Below are positions 62,654 through 64,000 of a DNA stretch of 64,000 bases, piece by piece. Source of the DNA: Patescibacteria group bacterium (lineage in GTDB: Bacteria; Patescibacteriota; Patescibacteriia; JAHJFT01); contig JAQTTB010000001.1 in assembly GCA_028710985.1 (NCBI GenBank), forward strand, positions 457,864 to 521,863, read 5' to 3'. Position numbers and translations under genes: made by a program. Positions within the stretch are counted from its first letter, which is position 1. Each line of letters begins with the position of its first letter. The notes under the pieces were generated by a model. It was not told where the DNA came from. It saw only the letters and a list, made by a program, of their open reading frames with translations, and did not search any database.

Positions 62654-64000
62654 ATGCTTGTTTCCAGAAACTGGCTAAACGAATATTGCGCCATACCCAA
62701 GAGTCTTTCTGACAAAGACCTGGCTTTGAAATTATCTCTTACCGTGGTGGAAGTTGAGGGCTGGCAGGAAGAGGGCAAAAACCTTGATAAAGTCGTGGTC
62801 GGAAAAATTTTAAAAGTTTCAAAACATCCGAACGCCGATAAGCTCAAAATTTGCGTCGTTGATGTGGGAACGGAAAAGCTTTCCATCGTCTGCGGCGGAG
62901 CCAATGTAGCCGAGGGCATGCTGGTCGCGGTTGCGCGTGTCGGCGCCCGCGTTCGCTGGCACGGCGAAGGCGAACTCCAGGAGCTCGCGCCGGCAAAGAT
63001 CCGCGGCATTGAATCGCGCGGCATGATTTGCGCGGCCGAAGAGCTCGGCCTTTCCGAAAAATTAAATCCCGAGCACGGTATCCTGGATATCACCGGAACC
63101 CGGGCCAAACCGGGCGCCCCGTTTGCCAGGGCTCTCGGCCTGACCGACACGATTTTTGAAGTTGACAACAAGTCGCTCACGCACCGGCCCGACCTCTGGG
63201 GTCATTACGGCATGGCGCGCGAATTATCCGCAATTTACGGCGGAAAATTAAAACCCGTAGATTTGCAGAAAATCAAATCGCCCAAAAAGGGGACAGCCAA
63301 AAAATTAAAAGTAAAAATCCTGGACAGCGCCCTCTGCCCGCGTTATATGGGGCTCGTGATTGATAATATTAAAATCGCCGCGTCGCCGGTCGTCCTGCAG
63401 AAAAGGCTCGCCGCGCTCAATGTCCGGCCGATCAATAATATAGTTGACGCGACAAATTATATTCTTCTTGAGCTCGGGCAGCCCTTGCACGCGTTTGATT
63501 ATTCCCTGATTCCGGGCGGCGAAATCATGGTCCGCCGGGCCGCGAGGGGCGAGAAGATTACAACGATTGACGAAATTCCGAGGAATCTTGATTCCGAAAT
63601 GCTTGTTATCGCGAACGCCAAAGGGCCGGTCGCGGTTGCCGGCATCATGGGCGGCCGCGACAGTGGAATCAGCGGCGCAACGAAAACAATCGTCATTGAA
63701 TCCGCGAATTTTGAGCCGTATTCAATCCGCAAGACTTCAACCAGACTCGGACTCCGGACCGAATCATCAATTCGGTTCGAAAAAAGTCTTGATCCCAATC
63801 TTGCGGAAACCGCGATTCTCCGCGCCGCCAAGCTCATTATGGAAATGTGCCCCGAGGCGCGCATCGCCTCGCCGCTTGTCGACGCGGCCAAATTTTCCCT
63901 GAAGCAGGGGCCGATCAAACTCAGTTTAAAATCATTTGAAAGCAAAGTCGGCCTCAAGCTTCCGCGCGCCCGGGTGGCCTCAATATTAAAAAGTCTGGGT
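62654..64000 (+). CDS. pheT: Phenylalanine--tRNA ligase beta subunit, 3'-partial (continues beyond the window)
   Basis: N-terminal tRNA-binding domain VGKILKVSKHPNADKLKICVVDVG...SRGMICAAEELGL; B3/4 region follows; no stop before the window end. Confidence 0.85.
   Translation, partial: MLVSRNWLNEYCAIPKSLSDKDLALKLSLTVVEVEGWQEEGKNLDKVVVGKILKVSKHPNADKLKICVVDVGTEKLSIVCGGANVAEGMLVAVARVGARVRWHGEGELQELAPAKIRGIESRGMICAAEELGLSEKLNPEHGILDITGTRAKPGAPFARALGLTDTIFEVDNKSLTHRPDLWGHYGMARELSAIYGGKLKPVDLQKIKSPKKGTAKKLKVKILDSALCPRYMGLVIDNIKIAASPVVLQKRLAALNVRPINNIVDATNYILLELGQPLHAFDYSLIPGGEIMVRRAARGEKITTIDEIPRNLDSEMLVIANAKGPVAVAGIMGGRDSGISGATKTIVIESANFEPYSIRKTSTRLGLRTESSIRFEKSLDPNLAETAILRAAKLIMEMCPEARIASPLVDAAKFSLKQGPIKLSLKSFESKVGLKLPRARVASILKSLG

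Overview
This 64-kb window looks like part of a small, streamlined bacterial genome, and the gene content suggests a Candidate Phyla Radiation / Patescibacteria-type organism (lineage is inference, not tested). Everything below comes from reading the sequence and ORF translations by eye; no searches or structure predictions were run.

Core genes are recognisable and mostly tightly packed:
- nusA, yidC, groES-groEL, and prfB with its classical +1 frameshift site.
- An epimerase, ksgA/rsmA, recG, a ClpC-like double-AAA+ ATPase, lemA, a PGM/PMM-family mutase, murI, an AsnRS-core-like protein, rseP, pheS and the start of pheT.
- Five tRNAs: Leu-GAG, Val-TAC, Ser-TGA, Ser-GCT, Arg-GCG.

Accessory and unusual content:
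1. A roughly 45-residue Cys-rich SCIFF/ranthipeptide-like precursor ORF (not in the ORF track) sits directly upstream of a radical-SAM/SPASM maturase. The cassette is bracketed by a degenerate direct duplication of the 5' part of a downstream gene.
2. A type-IV-secretion-like operon contains VirB6/TrbL-like, PrgI/VirB3-like, a VirB4 encoded as two adjacent ORFs, and ComF. It is bounded by tRNA genes and faced by a convergent operon of secreted and membrane proteins.
3. A 2,944-aa Cys-rich secreted giant protein lies next to an O-antigen-ligase-like gene.
4. A GC-rich island carries a PEGA lipoprotein, an IS200/RAYT-like HUH transposase with internal palindrome and tandem repeats, and an M23 peptidase with a myxobacterial-type Cys-rich motif.
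5. A GIY-YIG nuclease gene is wedged between tRNA-Leu and a duplicated tRNA-Leu 3' half.
6. Several short repeat families are present. The most striking is a 20-bp palindrome, CCTGCCTGCCGG(C/T)AGGCAGG, found four times. The two copies inside the VirB4 and ClpC-like CDSs carry the identical 24-nt variant CCTGCCTGCCGGTAGGCAGGGCGC, in frame near the C-terminus and encoding LPAGRQGA.
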